Shown one piece after another: positions 9,418-18,747 of a DNA stretch of 64,000 nt. Position 1 is the stretch's first letter; each line of letters begins with the position of its first letter. The translations under genes were made by a program, and so were the position numbers. The notes under the pieces were generated by a model that worked only from the letters and a program-made list of their open reading frames with translations, was not told the DNA's origin and did no database searches. Source of the DNA: Candidatus Adlerbacteria bacterium (GTDB taxonomy: Bacteria > Patescibacteriota > Minisyncoccia > Phycocordibacterales > SBAW01); NCBI GenBank assembly GCA_026397405.1, contig JAPLUW010000002.1:40214-104213 (forward strand), in the 5' to 3' direction.

Positions 9418-10160
9418 ATCGTTTTATTGTTACTGTCCTGGATAATATCCACGTAAATATTTTCGAGCTTTTCTTTGCCGTTAGCTTCGAGCAGTTTGTG
9501 CATCGTCTCATGAAGCTTTACTTCCCCTTTGTTGATTATGGCAACGGTGCGGCAGAGTTCCTCCGCCTCTTCCAAGTAGTGGGTCGTCAAAATAATGGTT
9601 GTGCCTTCGGCGTTCATACGGCGCAAAAAATCCCACATGCCACGACGCATTTCGATGTCTACGCCGGCTGTCGGCTCGTCCAAAATAAGGAGCTTGGGTT
9701 TGTGGATGAGTGCGCGGGCTATCATCAAGCGGCGCTTCATACCGCCAGAGAGTTGCTGCGACGGACTGTCCTTCTTTTCCCACAGACCGAGTTCTTTTAG
9801 TATCGGCTCTGCGTCTTTAATTGCTTGTGCGCGTGGGATGCCGTAGTAACCCGCCTGTACGGTAATGATGTCGATAACCTTTTCAAAAATATTGAAGTTA
9901 AATTCCTGCGGCACCACACCAATGTAGGTTTTTGTTTTGTCGCGGTCAGTGTCCAGCGAGTTGCCGAATATTTTTACTTCACCGCTGCTTTTAGTTGTGA
10001 GGCTAGTCAAGATGCTTATGATAGTCGACTTGCCTGCGCCGTTGGGGCCAAGTAAGGCAAAAAAGTCACCCTCGGCAATTTCCAAGTCAACACCCTTGAG
10101 AGCTTCTACTCCTGTCTTGTACGTTTTGCGAAGATTTTTGATTGAAACAGCGTTTGTCAT
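9414..10160 (-). CDS. ABC transporter ATP-binding protein (YadG-like)
   Basis: Walker A GPNGAGKS, LSGGM signature, ILDEPTAG. Confidence 0.93.
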   Translation of the reverse strand: MTNAVSIKNLRKTYKTGVEALKGVDLEIAEGDFFALLGPNGAGKSTIISILTSLTTKSSGEVKIFGNSLDTDRDKTKTYIGVVPQEFNFNIFEKVIDIITVQAGYYGIPRAQAIKDAEPILKELGLWEKKDSPSQQLSGGMKRRLMIARALIHKPKLLILDEPTAGVDIEMRRGMWDFLRRMNAEGTTIILTTHYLEEAEELCRTVAIINKGEVKLHETMHKLLEANGKEKLENIYVDIIQDSNNKTI

Positions 10161-10267
10161 GAAGGCTACAGTATACCACAGTAGGTTTGGCCGGGCAGAT
10201 AGGAATCAAAAAACCCCTCATGCCACAAAGACAGGAAGGGTTTTTTGGTGCACAAAAACAGAGCGGA

Positions 10268-10489
10268 CTACATGAACGTACGGCAGTCTTTTTTGTGGCC
10301 AATAGCAATCCAAATTGCCGAGAGACCTACCAAAACATAGACGAGCCATTCCACCTGCGGCCATGAGCCGAGTACGAGGTTAACAACATTCCAGTTACCG
10401 CCGCCGACAAATGCGCTAGCGCCAACGAGGCCCCAGTTAAGTCCGCCGATAACAAGCAAGAGGAACGTGACCACGTGAAGTGCTTTCAT
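10268..10489 (-). CDS. DUF378 family small membrane protein
   Basis: LLVIGGLNWGLVG...VYVLVGLSA. Confidence 0.88.
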   Translation of the reverse strand: MKALHVVTFLLLVIGGLNWGLVGASAFVGGGNWNVVNLVLGSWPQVEWLVYVLVGLSAIWIAIGHKKDCRTFM

Positions 10490-10599
10490 AGAAAATTTTG
10501 AGAAATTATTTTATACGGCTCGACCCCTGTATGCCAGGATCCGTACCATCTAGTATGAACCCTCCATGGACCCTGCAAAGGGCTTCGTGGGGATAAGGG

Positions 10600-11853
10600 C
10601 TAGAGTGCCGGCAAGTATGACAATGGGTTTAAGTACGCGTTAAGTGGTGCAATTGGGATAAACGCGGTAGCTCCGCTGTTGCAGGTGTACTGCTTAAAGG
10701 TCACAGCACTTGAGACATACACGGTCATATGCAAGTGCGGCCCGGTTGCATAGCCAGTGTCGCCAGAGTAGCCCAGTATGTCGCCCGTTGTTACACGTTG
10801 CCCCTTGGTGGCCGCAATGCTGGAAAGATGCGCGTACAGCGACGTAAGGCCGTTGTCGTGGCGCACAAGTACCCACTTGCCGTACTGGCAGTATTTAACG
10901 GCTCCTTGGTTAATTTCCTGCACGGTACCCGACAGTGCGGCGTGTACCGGTGTGCCAATTGATGCACGGAAGTCTACCCCGTTGTGGCCGCTTCCGTTGT
11001 ACCCACCAGACTTTGCAAAGTCTGTTTTGCCAAAATATTGTGTAACAGCAACACTGTCGAGTGGCCAGGCAAGTATGCCTTTTTCAGGGTCTGGAGCGCT
11101 TGAGGTATTTGCAGACCCAAGGCCTTTGGCGAGTTGTATCAACGTGGCTTCGAATGACTTTTCTTCAGCTTGTTTTTGGGCGAGTAAACTTTGGTAGCCA
11201 GACTCTTTATTTTTTGTCTGGACCAGCAGTTGGTTTTGTGACTCCTTTGTGATACTTAAACTTGTTTTTTGTTCGGCCAAATTTTGTTTTAAACTTGCGA
11301 GGTCGGCGCGCTTTTGTTCGGCCGATGTTTTATTTGCAGCCAGTGTTCCTTTTAAATTCAATAATTCGGTAATTTTATTTTGGAGCCCGCTCCGTACTGC
11401 CTCAAGTGTTGTTGCAGAGTCAAAAAAAGACGACAGTGTTCCCCCACCGAGCAGGGTCAGTGCGAGCGGTTCGTCGTCGAGGGTCTGTAATTCTTGCAAA
11501 GAGTCTTTTACTTGCATCTCGACCTGGCTTATTTCGCTGGTAGTTGTTGAAATAGTGCCCGCGAGTGTTTTAATCTGTCGGTCTCTCTGTGCAATTTGTG
11601 TACTGGTGAGAGCAACACTTTTAGTTATTTTTTGAATATTTAAATTGAGTGCATCTATAGCACTCTGGAGTGTCTTTTTTTGTGCACTGGTTGTGGTGAG
11701 CTGGTTTTGGAGTTGCGCAATTTCTGCACGTAGCTGCGCTATTTGTGCAGTGCCTTGGTCAATCTGCGCTTGCACCGGGTCGGTTGTAGTTGAGGTTGCA
11801 GCGTGCGCTACGTTACCAAAAAAAAGGAGAAAAGAAAGTACCAAAGGAAGCAT
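10600..11853 (-). CDS. Coiled-coil M23 metallopeptidase (EnvC/MepM-like)
   Basis: Signal peptide, long coiled coil, HNGVD and HLH zinc motifs, YAHL. Confidence 0.9.
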   Translation of the reverse strand: MLPLVLSFLLFFGNVAHAATSTTTDPVQAQIDQGTAQIAQLRAEIAQLQNQLTTTSAQKKTLQSAIDALNLNIQKITKSVALTSTQIAQRDRQIKTLAGTISTTTSEISQVEMQVKDSLQELQTLDDEPLALTLLGGGTLSSFFDSATTLEAVRSGLQNKITELLNLKGTLAANKTSAEQKRADLASLKQNLAEQKTSLSITKESQNQLLVQTKNKESGYQSLLAQKQAEEKSFEATLIQLAKGLGSANTSSAPDPEKGILAWPLDSVAVTQYFGKTDFAKSGGYNGSGHNGVDFRASIGTPVHAALSGTVQEINQGAVKYCQYGKWVLVRHDNGLTSLYAHLSSIAATKGQRVTTGDILGYSGDTGYATGPHLHMTVYVSSAVTFKQYTCNSGATAFIPIAPLNAYLNPLSYLPAL

Positions 11854-11862
11854 CTCCTTAGT

Positions 11863-13194
11863 TTAAAGCATACGTAGTGCTTTCTCAATGCGCTCAAGCG
11901 TTTTTTTGCGACCCAAGAGCCCTGCAAGCGTGAACGGGTCAGGAGATTTTTCTTTTCCTGACAGGGCTACGCGCATAGGCCACAACACAGACGCCCTTCC
12001 CTGTTCTGTTGCGTAAGGGAAAATAGCTTCTTTGACGCTCTCTGCGGTGAAGGGCTCATGTTCCAAAAGTAACTCCACTACCTTGGTAAGGTTAGTTTTA
12101 ACTGCCGCCGCATCGGCCTTTGCTCCCTGCAACAAAAGTTCGCCTGTGGGCGCTGGAATAGTATCTTCCATGAAAGAAAATTCTCCACCTTTCAGGTAGT
12201 CTGCGGCTTCCCCAAATGTTTGCGCGCGATTTCTAAGCTCTACTCCAATTTGAGGAAGATAGGGAGGAACGGTATCGCCTCTCTCTGTCATGAATAGGCT
12301 AAGTCTGTCAACAAACTCCTGCATCGGTAGAAGTTTCAAGTATTCATGGTTGAACCAGCGAAATTTTTCTATATCAAACACCGCGCCCGCCTTGTGCATG
12401 CGCTCGAAACTGAAAAGTTTAATAAGTTCGTCGAGAGAAAATATTTCACGCTCTCCTCCAGGGTTCCATCCAAGCAGTGCGAGATAATTTATCATTGCTT
12501 CTGGCAAAAAACCTTGTGTACGATATTGCTCTACCGATGCCGCGTGTTTGCGCTTGGAAAGCTTTGTGCGGTCAGGAGCCAATATGAGCGGAAAGTGCGC
12601 GTACGTAGGGCGGGTATATCCAAGCGCTTCCAATATCAGTATCTGACGCGGTGTGTTTGAAATGTGCTCTTCTGCGCGTAAGACATGCGTTACACAGGAG
12701 TCGCCGTCGTCCACGACTACCGCAAAATGGTACAGAGGGTCATCTATAGAGCGAGCAATAACAAAATCTCCATGCTCGGTCGTATCAAAACTAACCTCTC
12801 CGCGTATAAGGTCAGTAAAGGTAATTGTGGTGTTAGGGTTTCTCAACCGCACTACTTCAACCTCTTCTGTCGGGTCATCTTTTTTTGGCTCGCGTGATAT
12901 ATACGCCTTGTCTTCTGCTACAAGCTTTTGCAAAAGTTCTTTATGGCGTTCGATATGTTCTGACTGTCTATATTTTGCATCAGGTTTGAGGCCACACCAT
13001 TCAAAGTCATTCCAGATAGCATCAACCCACTCCTCTTTATTGCGCTCGCGGTCAGTGTCCTCTATTCGGACAAAGTATGTACCTTTGTTTTGTTTGGCAA
13101 AAATATAATTAAATAAAGCCGTACGGACGGTTCCGATATGCATCTGCCCGGTGGGAGACGGCGCGATACGTGTAATTACTTTTTCAGGATTCAT
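11863..13194 (-). CDS. gltX: Glutamyl-tRNA synthetase
   Basis: RIAPSPTGQMHIGT, RIEDTD, KLSKR; start at MNPEK overlapping murG stop. Confidence 0.95.
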   Translation of the reverse strand: MNPEKVITRIAPSPTGQMHIGTVRTALFNYIFAKQNKGTYFVRIEDTDRERNKEEWVDAIWNDFEWCGLKPDAKYRQSEHIERHKELLQKLVAEDKAYISREPKKDDPTEEVEVVRLRNPNTTITFTDLIRGEVSFDTTEHGDFVIARSIDDPLYHFAVVVDDGDSCVTHVLRAEEHISNTPRQILILEALGYTRPTYAHFPLILAPDRTKLSKRKHAASVEQYRTQGFLPEAMINYLALLGWNPGGEREIFSLDELIKLFSFERMHKAGAVFDIEKFRWFNHEYLKLLPMQEFVDRLSLFMTERGDTVPPYLPQIGVELRNRAQTFGEAADYLKGGEFSFMEDTIPAPTGELLLQGAKADAAAVKTNLTKVVELLLEHEPFTAESVKEAIFPYATEQGRASVLWPMRVALSGKEKSPDPFTLAGLLGRKKTLERIEKALRML

Positions 13195-14311
13195 GGGAAA
13201 GCGCGATGTCGAGCAATGCATTAGCGACGGTACGGGCAGCGTCGGCACGGCCAAACCCGCGTGCGGCGGTGCTCATAGTACGAATAAGTTCGGGGTTTTG
13301 CAAAATACGGTCGACCTCCGACACTAAAAGCCCGCGGGTGAGGTTGCTCTGTTCTATCACTGTCGCTGCTCCCGAGCGTGCATAGGCATACGCATTTTGT
13401 GTTTGGTCGTGCGAAATAGCTTCTGGTATTGGGATAATGATAGACGGCAGGCCCCATACCGCGATTTCAAAAATAGTAGACCCTGCGCGCGAGATAACCA
13501 GTGTTGCTGCCCCCGCTATCATGCGCATTGCAAGGTCATTTAAATACGGAAATGTTTTGTAGCGGTCGGCATACGGTGAGTTAAGCAGAGCAACTTTTGC
13601 ACGCGACTCGACCTCTTTCAAGTTGGCGTGCCCTGTTTGGTGGACTATCTGATATTTTTCCAAGAGTTGCGGCAAACTGCCAAGTACCACGTCGTTAATA
13701 GTTTCTGCACCCTGTGAGCCGCCGGTGATATAGATAATAGGCAGGTCTTTGCTCAATTTTAAAAATTCGTGCGCGCCCTCACGTGCCGGCACAAGCGCCG
13801 CTTTGCGAATGGGGTTACCGGTAAAGGCAACACGCCCTCCGGGGAAATATTTTTCTGCGTCGGGGTAGGACACCGCAATTTTTACTGCAAACTTCCCCGC
13901 CCACGCGTTGACCCTCCCCGGGTTTGCGTCGGACTCGTGTATAACAACCGGTATGCGGAAGAGGCGTGCCGCAAGCAGCGTTGGGAAGCTGCCATAGCCA
14001 CCTTTACCAAACACCACGTCAGGATAAAGAAAGAACATACGAACAAGCGAACGAGCCACTCCCCATGCAATTTTAAAGTAGTCGATAAAGTTTAAAAACG
14101 AAAAATAGCGGCGCATTTTACCTGCGGCAGTTGGGACAAATATAATTTCATTCGCGACAAGCATCTCTTTGTCGTACGGGCCCGGTGCTGCAAAATAGAT
14201 GTTTGGTTCGAGAAGCCTCCTTTCGCGCACAAGGTCATGCAGTGCCTCTGTCACTGCAATAATTGGGTAAAAATGTCCCCCGGTAACGCCGCCTGTTAAA
14301 AGTATTTTCAT
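13184..14311 (-). CDS. murG: Lipid II GlcNAc transferase MurG
   Basis: GGVTGGHFYP, GGYGSFP, HESDANPG, GNPIR, GGSQGA, HQTG. Confidence 0.95.
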   Translation of the reverse strand: MKILLTGGVTGGHFYPIIAVTEALHDLVRERRLLEPNIYFAAPGPYDKEMLVANEIIFVPTAAGKMRRYFSFLNFIDYFKIAWGVARSLVRMFFLYPDVVFGKGGYGSFPTLLAARLFRIPVVIHESDANPGRVNAWAGKFAVKIAVSYPDAEKYFPGGRVAFTGNPIRKAALVPAREGAHEFLKLSKDLPIIYITGGSQGAETINDVVLGSLPQLLEKYQIVHQTGHANLKEVESRAKVALLNSPYADRYKTFPYLNDLAMRMIAGAATLVISRAGSTIFEIAVWGLPSIIIPIPEAISHDQTQNAYAYARSGAATVIEQSNLTRGLLVSEVDRILQNPELIRTMSTAARGFGRADAARTVANALLDIALSHES

Positions 14312-15408
14312 GATTTTTTGCTGCGCATATTTCTCGAAATATTTAATATGATACCTACTTCTGCCAAAGAGAGCGCGAGCGCGGTGCCTCCGTGCGACAC
14401 AAAAATAAGAGGGACTCCAACAAGCGGCACGAGCGCCAAGGTAGATGCAATGTTGAAAAATGATTGTCCCACAATGAGTATAACAAGCCCGACGGCGACG
14501 AGTCCACCAAATGCGTCGGGTGCTCGTGCAGCAATGCGCAGGCCTAATATACAGAACCCCGCAAATAGGAACACCAACAGAGTGCTTCCGACAAAACCAA
14601 ATTCTTCTCCTGCAACTGCAAAAATAGAGTCGCCTATAGGTTCGGGCAAGTAGGAAAATTTTTGTATGCTCTGGCCAGACCCACGCCCGGTGAACCCGCC
14701 AGAACCCACAGCAATAAGTGACTGCTGCACTTGGTAGCCCGTGCCCCGAGGGTCTGCCGACTGGTCGAGATAGGTCTCTAGTCGCTGCGCAACGTGAGGG
14801 TAGACAAGTGCGGCGCCAGCAATGGCAGCAACCCCGACTCCTGCAAGTAGTAGCAGGTGTGTGATGCGCCCTCCCGCGGCAAAGAGCATGCCGGTAGACG
14901 CCATGCCTAAAATAATAACGCCGGCAGTATTTGGCTGGAGTATAAGTATCGTTGCGGCACTACCGGCAATGAGCATAAGTGGGAGTATGCCGCCCCGCAG
15001 TGTGTCGGTTGCCTTAAAACGCGCAGCGTAGACTGCCGCCAAAAAAAGTACCGTTGCAAACTTGAGCACTTCTTCGGGCTGGAAGGAAAAATGACCTATC
15101 ACTATCCACCGTGCGGCACCTTTAAGCGAAAGGCCAATATGGGGCACAAACGTGAGCAGCGTAAGGCATAGCGCAAAGCCAAAGATATACGGTGTGTAGG
15201 GCCTCCAAAAGCGGTAGTCGACACGGGAAAAAAAGACAAGCAACACAGTGCCACAGACAAACCCAAGCAGTAGTTGGCTTACAGCAACAGAGGTAAACGA
15301 CGCGCCGTCACGTGCAAGTAACCCGAGTGCCGCGGAGGTAAAAATAAGCAGACCAAACACAACTAGCGCGCAGAGTGTCAGGAAAAATGGTGTGTCTATC
15401 TTTTTCAC
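14308..15408 (-). CDS. ftsW: SEDS family peptidoglycan polymerase FtsW
   Basis: GAARWI, SFQPEE, GYQVQQS, LPEPIGDSIFA, SHGGT; lies between mraY and murG. Confidence 0.9.
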   Translation of the reverse strand: MKKIDTPFFLTLCALVVFGLLIFTSAALGLLARDGASFTSVAVSQLLLGFVCGTVLLVFFSRVDYRFWRPYTPYIFGFALCLTLLTFVPHIGLSLKGAARWIVIGHFSFQPEEVLKFATVLFLAAVYAARFKATDTLRGGILPLMLIAGSAATILILQPNTAGVIILGMASTGMLFAAGGRITHLLLLAGVGVAAIAGAALVYPHVAQRLETYLDQSADPRGTGYQVQQSLIAVGSGGFTGRGSGQSIQKFSYLPEPIGDSIFAVAGEEFGFVGSTLLVFLFAGFCILGLRIAARAPDAFGGLVAVGLVILIVGQSFFNIASTLALVPLVGVPLIFVSHGGTALALSLAEVGIILNISRNMRSKKS

Positions 15409-16460
15409 AGCAGCGCGACGCTCATGCCTATAATTGCCGCAAGCACACCCACTATCCAGTAGCGCATGGTTACTTTGTATGCGGGCCAGCCAATAGCTTC
15501 AAAATGGTGATGGAGGGGTGCAATTTTTAAAATCTTTTTCCCAAATCTTTTTTTGCTCAAAATTTGCAATACGTTGGAGGCAACCGTTGCAACAAGTGGG
15601 AGCGCGATAATTGGTAGCACGGTGATACCCCTACCCCCGTCGAGCGTGTCGGTCAAAAATGCGATGACAACAAGTGCAAGGGTGAGCCCCATGGTGCCGG
15701 TTTCTGAAAGGTAAAAGCGTGCGGGCGGAATGTTAAACCACAAAAATGCGAGCAAGCCGCCTGCAATAGCTCCCGAGAGTGCCGCGATGTCCATCTGGTT
15801 TTGGAAAAATGCGATACCTGCGTATGCGGCAAAAATTGTTGAAAATATTCCTCCGGCCAAACCGTCGATGCCGTCGATAACGCCGCCCGCATATATAAAG
15901 AGTGCCACAAGAACAAAAAATGGGATAAACCACACCCCAAGCGACACTGGTTGCAGGAGAAATGGGAACGAAATTGCAGACACTCCCAATTTTTCGTAAA
16001 ACCACCAGGCACATAGAAGTGCTATAGCGGCAACAATAAGGAGGCGTATGCGTAGTGGCAGCCCCGACTTGCCCTTTACTTCAAACAGGTCGTCGAGCAG
16101 ACCCACAAGTGCGCCCGCAACAAGTGCCGCAAGTGGCACCCATGTTTGATTGCGGCTGATAAATGACAGTGCACCAAAGGCATCGGGAAATAGTACAGAA
16201 AGTATGGAAAGGAGGCCTGCGGTCAACAGCACACTCCCCCACACTACGACACCGCCAAAACGTGGTGTGCCCGAGTCGCGGCTTTCGTGTAAACGGTTAA
16301 ATGTCTCGGCCGGTGTGCCGTCAAACGCAACCTTCCCCGCTTTTGGTTTCCACATTTTGCGCTGATATAAAAAGTGCGCCAAAAAAGGCGTGATGCCGAT
16401 GCCAAATAAAAAGGCAATAGTCGTTGGTATAAAAATGCGCATGACGTCGGACATCATCAT
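15405..16460 (-). CDS. mraY: Phospho-MurNAc-pentapeptide transferase
   Basis: GTPRFGG, GLLDD, DGIDGLA, LWFNIPPA, APLHHHFE. Confidence 0.93.
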   Translation of the reverse strand: MMMSDVMRIFIPTTIAFLFGIGITPFLAHFLYQRKMWKPKAGKVAFDGTPAETFNRLHESRDSGTPRFGGVVVWGSVLLTAGLLSILSVLFPDAFGALSFISRNQTWVPLAALVAGALVGLLDDLFEVKGKSGLPLRIRLLIVAAIALLCAWWFYEKLGVSAISFPFLLQPVSLGVWFIPFFVLVALFIYAGGVIDGIDGLAGGIFSTIFAAYAGIAFFQNQMDIAALSGAIAGGLLAFLWFNIPPARFYLSETGTMGLTLALVVIAFLTDTLDGGRGITVLPIIALPLVATVASNVLQILSKKRFGKKILKIAPLHHHFEAIGWPAYKVTMRYWIVGVLAAIIGMSVALL

Positions 16461-17377
16461 AGAGAAGTTTGTGTACTTTGTGCATCACGCACGGCTTGGA
16501 TAAGTTTTTTTATGTCGTCAAACCGAGCGTCTTCTGTCGAGCCAAGTACAACAGCAACAAGTGGGTGCCCTATTGCTATGTCAAATACTACTGCCAAGTT
16601 GCCGCCGGCCAGGTCGGTAAAACCGGTTTTTGCTGCAACAACTCCAGGCACGCCTGCGAGAGGTAGTGCCGTTGCAGCAGCCTTTAGGGTGCGTGTGCCG
16701 TCTTGTATAGACACATTTGGCTGGGTTGTAAGCCCAAAGTAGTCTGGGTAATTTTGAAACAAGTGTGCAGCCAGGCGTGCGACATCAAATGCAGAGCCGT
16801 ACGCCCCTGCAGTACCGGCACTCTCGTCCAAACCGGTTGGATTTAAGAAATACATGTGCGACAGGCCGAGTGTTTTTGCACGTGCGTTCATAAGGTCGAG
16901 ATAATTGTCGCCTAAACTTGCGGCTGCAGCTGCCATCGCGTCGTTTGACGATGCAATAAGCCCAATTTTAAGCAAACTGGAAAGCGGCACGGTGTCGCCA
17001 GCTTTAAATCCCCAGTCTCCTTCGGGTGCCAAGTCTGCTGCGGTTATCTGTACCGAGCGGCCAGTGTCGCCTCCTTCGAGCACCGCAGTTGCGGTCATCA
17101 ACTTAGTAAGCGATGCAAGCGGGAGCGGGGCGCTGGAGTTTTTTGAAAATAAAATTCTCCCGTCGGTCGGGTCATAGACTATGTCTGCTTTTGCGATAAG
17201 TGTGTTTGTATCGAGCGAGATTGATGCAGGGAAAAGTGCCACAGCCGCCACTTGTTGGCCAGGGGTTATCTTTTGCAACATCGAAACTGCGCCGACGCCG
17301 CTGCCAAATGCGACAGCAGACAAAAGTATGGCTCCCAGGGCTGAAAAAACCGTATGATGTAGAGTTATTGTTTTCAT
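16457..17377 (-). CDS. D-Ala-D-Ala carboxypeptidase, peptidase S11 (DacA-like)
   Basis: SxxK (ASLTK), SxN (SSND), KTG motifs, NPTGLD. Confidence 0.9.
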   Translation of the reverse strand: MKTITLHHTVFSALGAILLSAVAFGSGVGAVSMLQKITPGQQVAAVALFPASISLDTNTLIAKADIVYDPTDGRILFSKNSSAPLPLASLTKLMTATAVLEGGDTGRSVQITAADLAPEGDWGFKAGDTVPLSSLLKIGLIASSNDAMAAAAASLGDNYLDLMNARAKTLGLSHMYFLNPTGLDESAGTAGAYGSAFDVARLAAHLFQNYPDYFGLTTQPNVSIQDGTRTLKAAATALPLAGVPGVVAAKTGFTDLAGGNLAVVFDIAIGHPLVAVVLGSTEDARFDDIKKLIQAVRDAQSTQTSL

Positions 17378-17946
17378 AAAGGGTCTTCTGTTGGCACTGT
17401 CACCTCTTGTGCACGATATGCAGTTTCAAGTGTGCGCAATTTTTCTTGCACGCCCACATAGTCGGGCAGCTCGTCTTTATGTGTGACTCCCAATTCTGCA
17501 AGTAATTCTGTTGTGGGTTCGTACAAAAATGATCGTTCGTCTTTTGGGTTAGAAATTTTGCGAACGAGCCCGCGCATCAATAACGTGCGCAATGTTTGTG
17601 ACGAGTTTACGCCGCGGATAAAGTCTATCTCGCTACGGGAGAGCGGCCCGCGGTATATCACTGCGGCAAGTGCTTCGAGCCCTGCTTTGCCTATGTCGCG
17701 CGAATATTCTTCCTTACGGATTTTCTCCACAAGCTCTGCAGCGGCTGGTGCGGTGCGGAGCTCGACAACTTTTCCGTCGTCAACGAGCACAATCCCTCCC
17801 CCTGTCCGTGCACGTAGCGTTGCTAATGCCACCTCGACCATGTCTAGTTCGGCACCAGTTGCTTTACAGAGTTCGGCACGCGTAAGAGGCCTGCCCAAAC
17901 TAAACAGCAACCCTTCAATTTGTATAGCTAGAGCGTTTTCATTCAT
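17374..17946 (-). CDS. scpB: SMC-Scp complex subunit ScpB
   Basis: IEGLLF, LEALAAVIYRGPLSRSEIDFIRGVNS, LYEPT. Confidence 0.93.
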   Translation of the reverse strand: MNENALAIQIEGLLFSLGRPLTRAELCKATGAELDMVEVALATLRARTGGGIVLVDDGKVVELRTAPAAAELVEKIRKEEYSRDIGKAGLEALAAVIYRGPLSRSEIDFIRGVNSSQTLRTLLMRGLVRKISNPKDERSFLYEPTTELLAELGVTHKDELPDYVGVQEKLRTLETAYRAQEVTVPTEDPL

Positions 17947-18679
17947 AAGACGGTACCGACACAGAGTCCGACTCTAGCATGATGTCGCTAAAGTGTTCGC
18001 CCTGGTTTGCTTTGATTATACCCTGCTTCACCAGCTCAAGCAGTGCCAAAAAGCTGATGATGATTTCCTGTCGTGCATGTGCACTTGCCTGTTTGTTCAT
18101 CCCGGCAAATTCTTTAAACGAAAGCCTGAATGCGCTTGAAACGCGCGCGGCCATCTGGGTTATCATCTCTTCAATCGAAACAATCTTTTTAACGGCAACT
18201 TTTGGCAGCACCAGCGACTTTGGGAAGCCAGCGATAAGTACCTGCGCAGCACCTAACAGAGATTCTTTTGTAATAGACGGGTCAAATAAATACAGCGGTT
18301 GCTGGGGTGCTGCCTCGCCTTCGTGCAACATGGGATTTTTTGTCGCTTCCTGCACACCGCGCGCGGCATCTTTTATAAGTTGGTACAACGCCAAGCGATA
18401 CTCGAGCTCTTTGATGTCGCGCGACTCTTCTTCCGACAGTGCGAGCGTTGGCAACAGCGAGCGTGACTTTATAAGCAACAGCGTTGCGGCAAGGGTAACA
18501 AACTCGGCTGTCTCCCCTACAGGCAGGTGGTCGTGTGCAGAAATGCGCGCGATATATTCGTCGGTAACAGCAGCAAGCGACACATCGCTAATGTGGAGTT
18601 TGCGTTTTTCTATCAACTCGAGCAGTAGCTCAAGCGGACCTTCAAAGACATCAGTCTTTACGTGTGGGCGTGTTTGCAT
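17939..18679 (-). CDS. scpA: Segregation/condensation protein ScpA
   Basis: FEGPLELLLELIE, LLLIKSRSLLP, FLALLELVK. Confidence 0.93.
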   Translation of the reverse strand: MQTRPHVKTDVFEGPLELLLELIEKRKLHISDVSLAAVTDEYIARISAHDHLPVGETAEFVTLAATLLLIKSRSLLPTLALSEEESRDIKELEYRLALYQLIKDAARGVQEATKNPMLHEGEAAPQQPLYLFDPSITKESLLGAAQVLIAGFPKSLVLPKVAVKKIVSIEEMITQMAARVSSAFRLSFKEFAGMNKQASAHARQEIIISFLALLELVKQGIIKANQGEHFSDIMLESDSVSVPSYE

Positions 18680-18747
18680 TCCCCATATTTTACACCATAG
18701 TAGCGCAATTTGACAGGGGGCAATAATAGTGGCAACGCCAGGGCTTT

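Noticed and set aside
5102-10596. Scattered one-mismatch DnaA-box-like 9-mers (about 5102, 6361, 7796, 10588)
   Set aside because: Too dispersed, some lie inside ORFs, and there is no dnaA/dnaN or clear DUE; not sufficient for oriC
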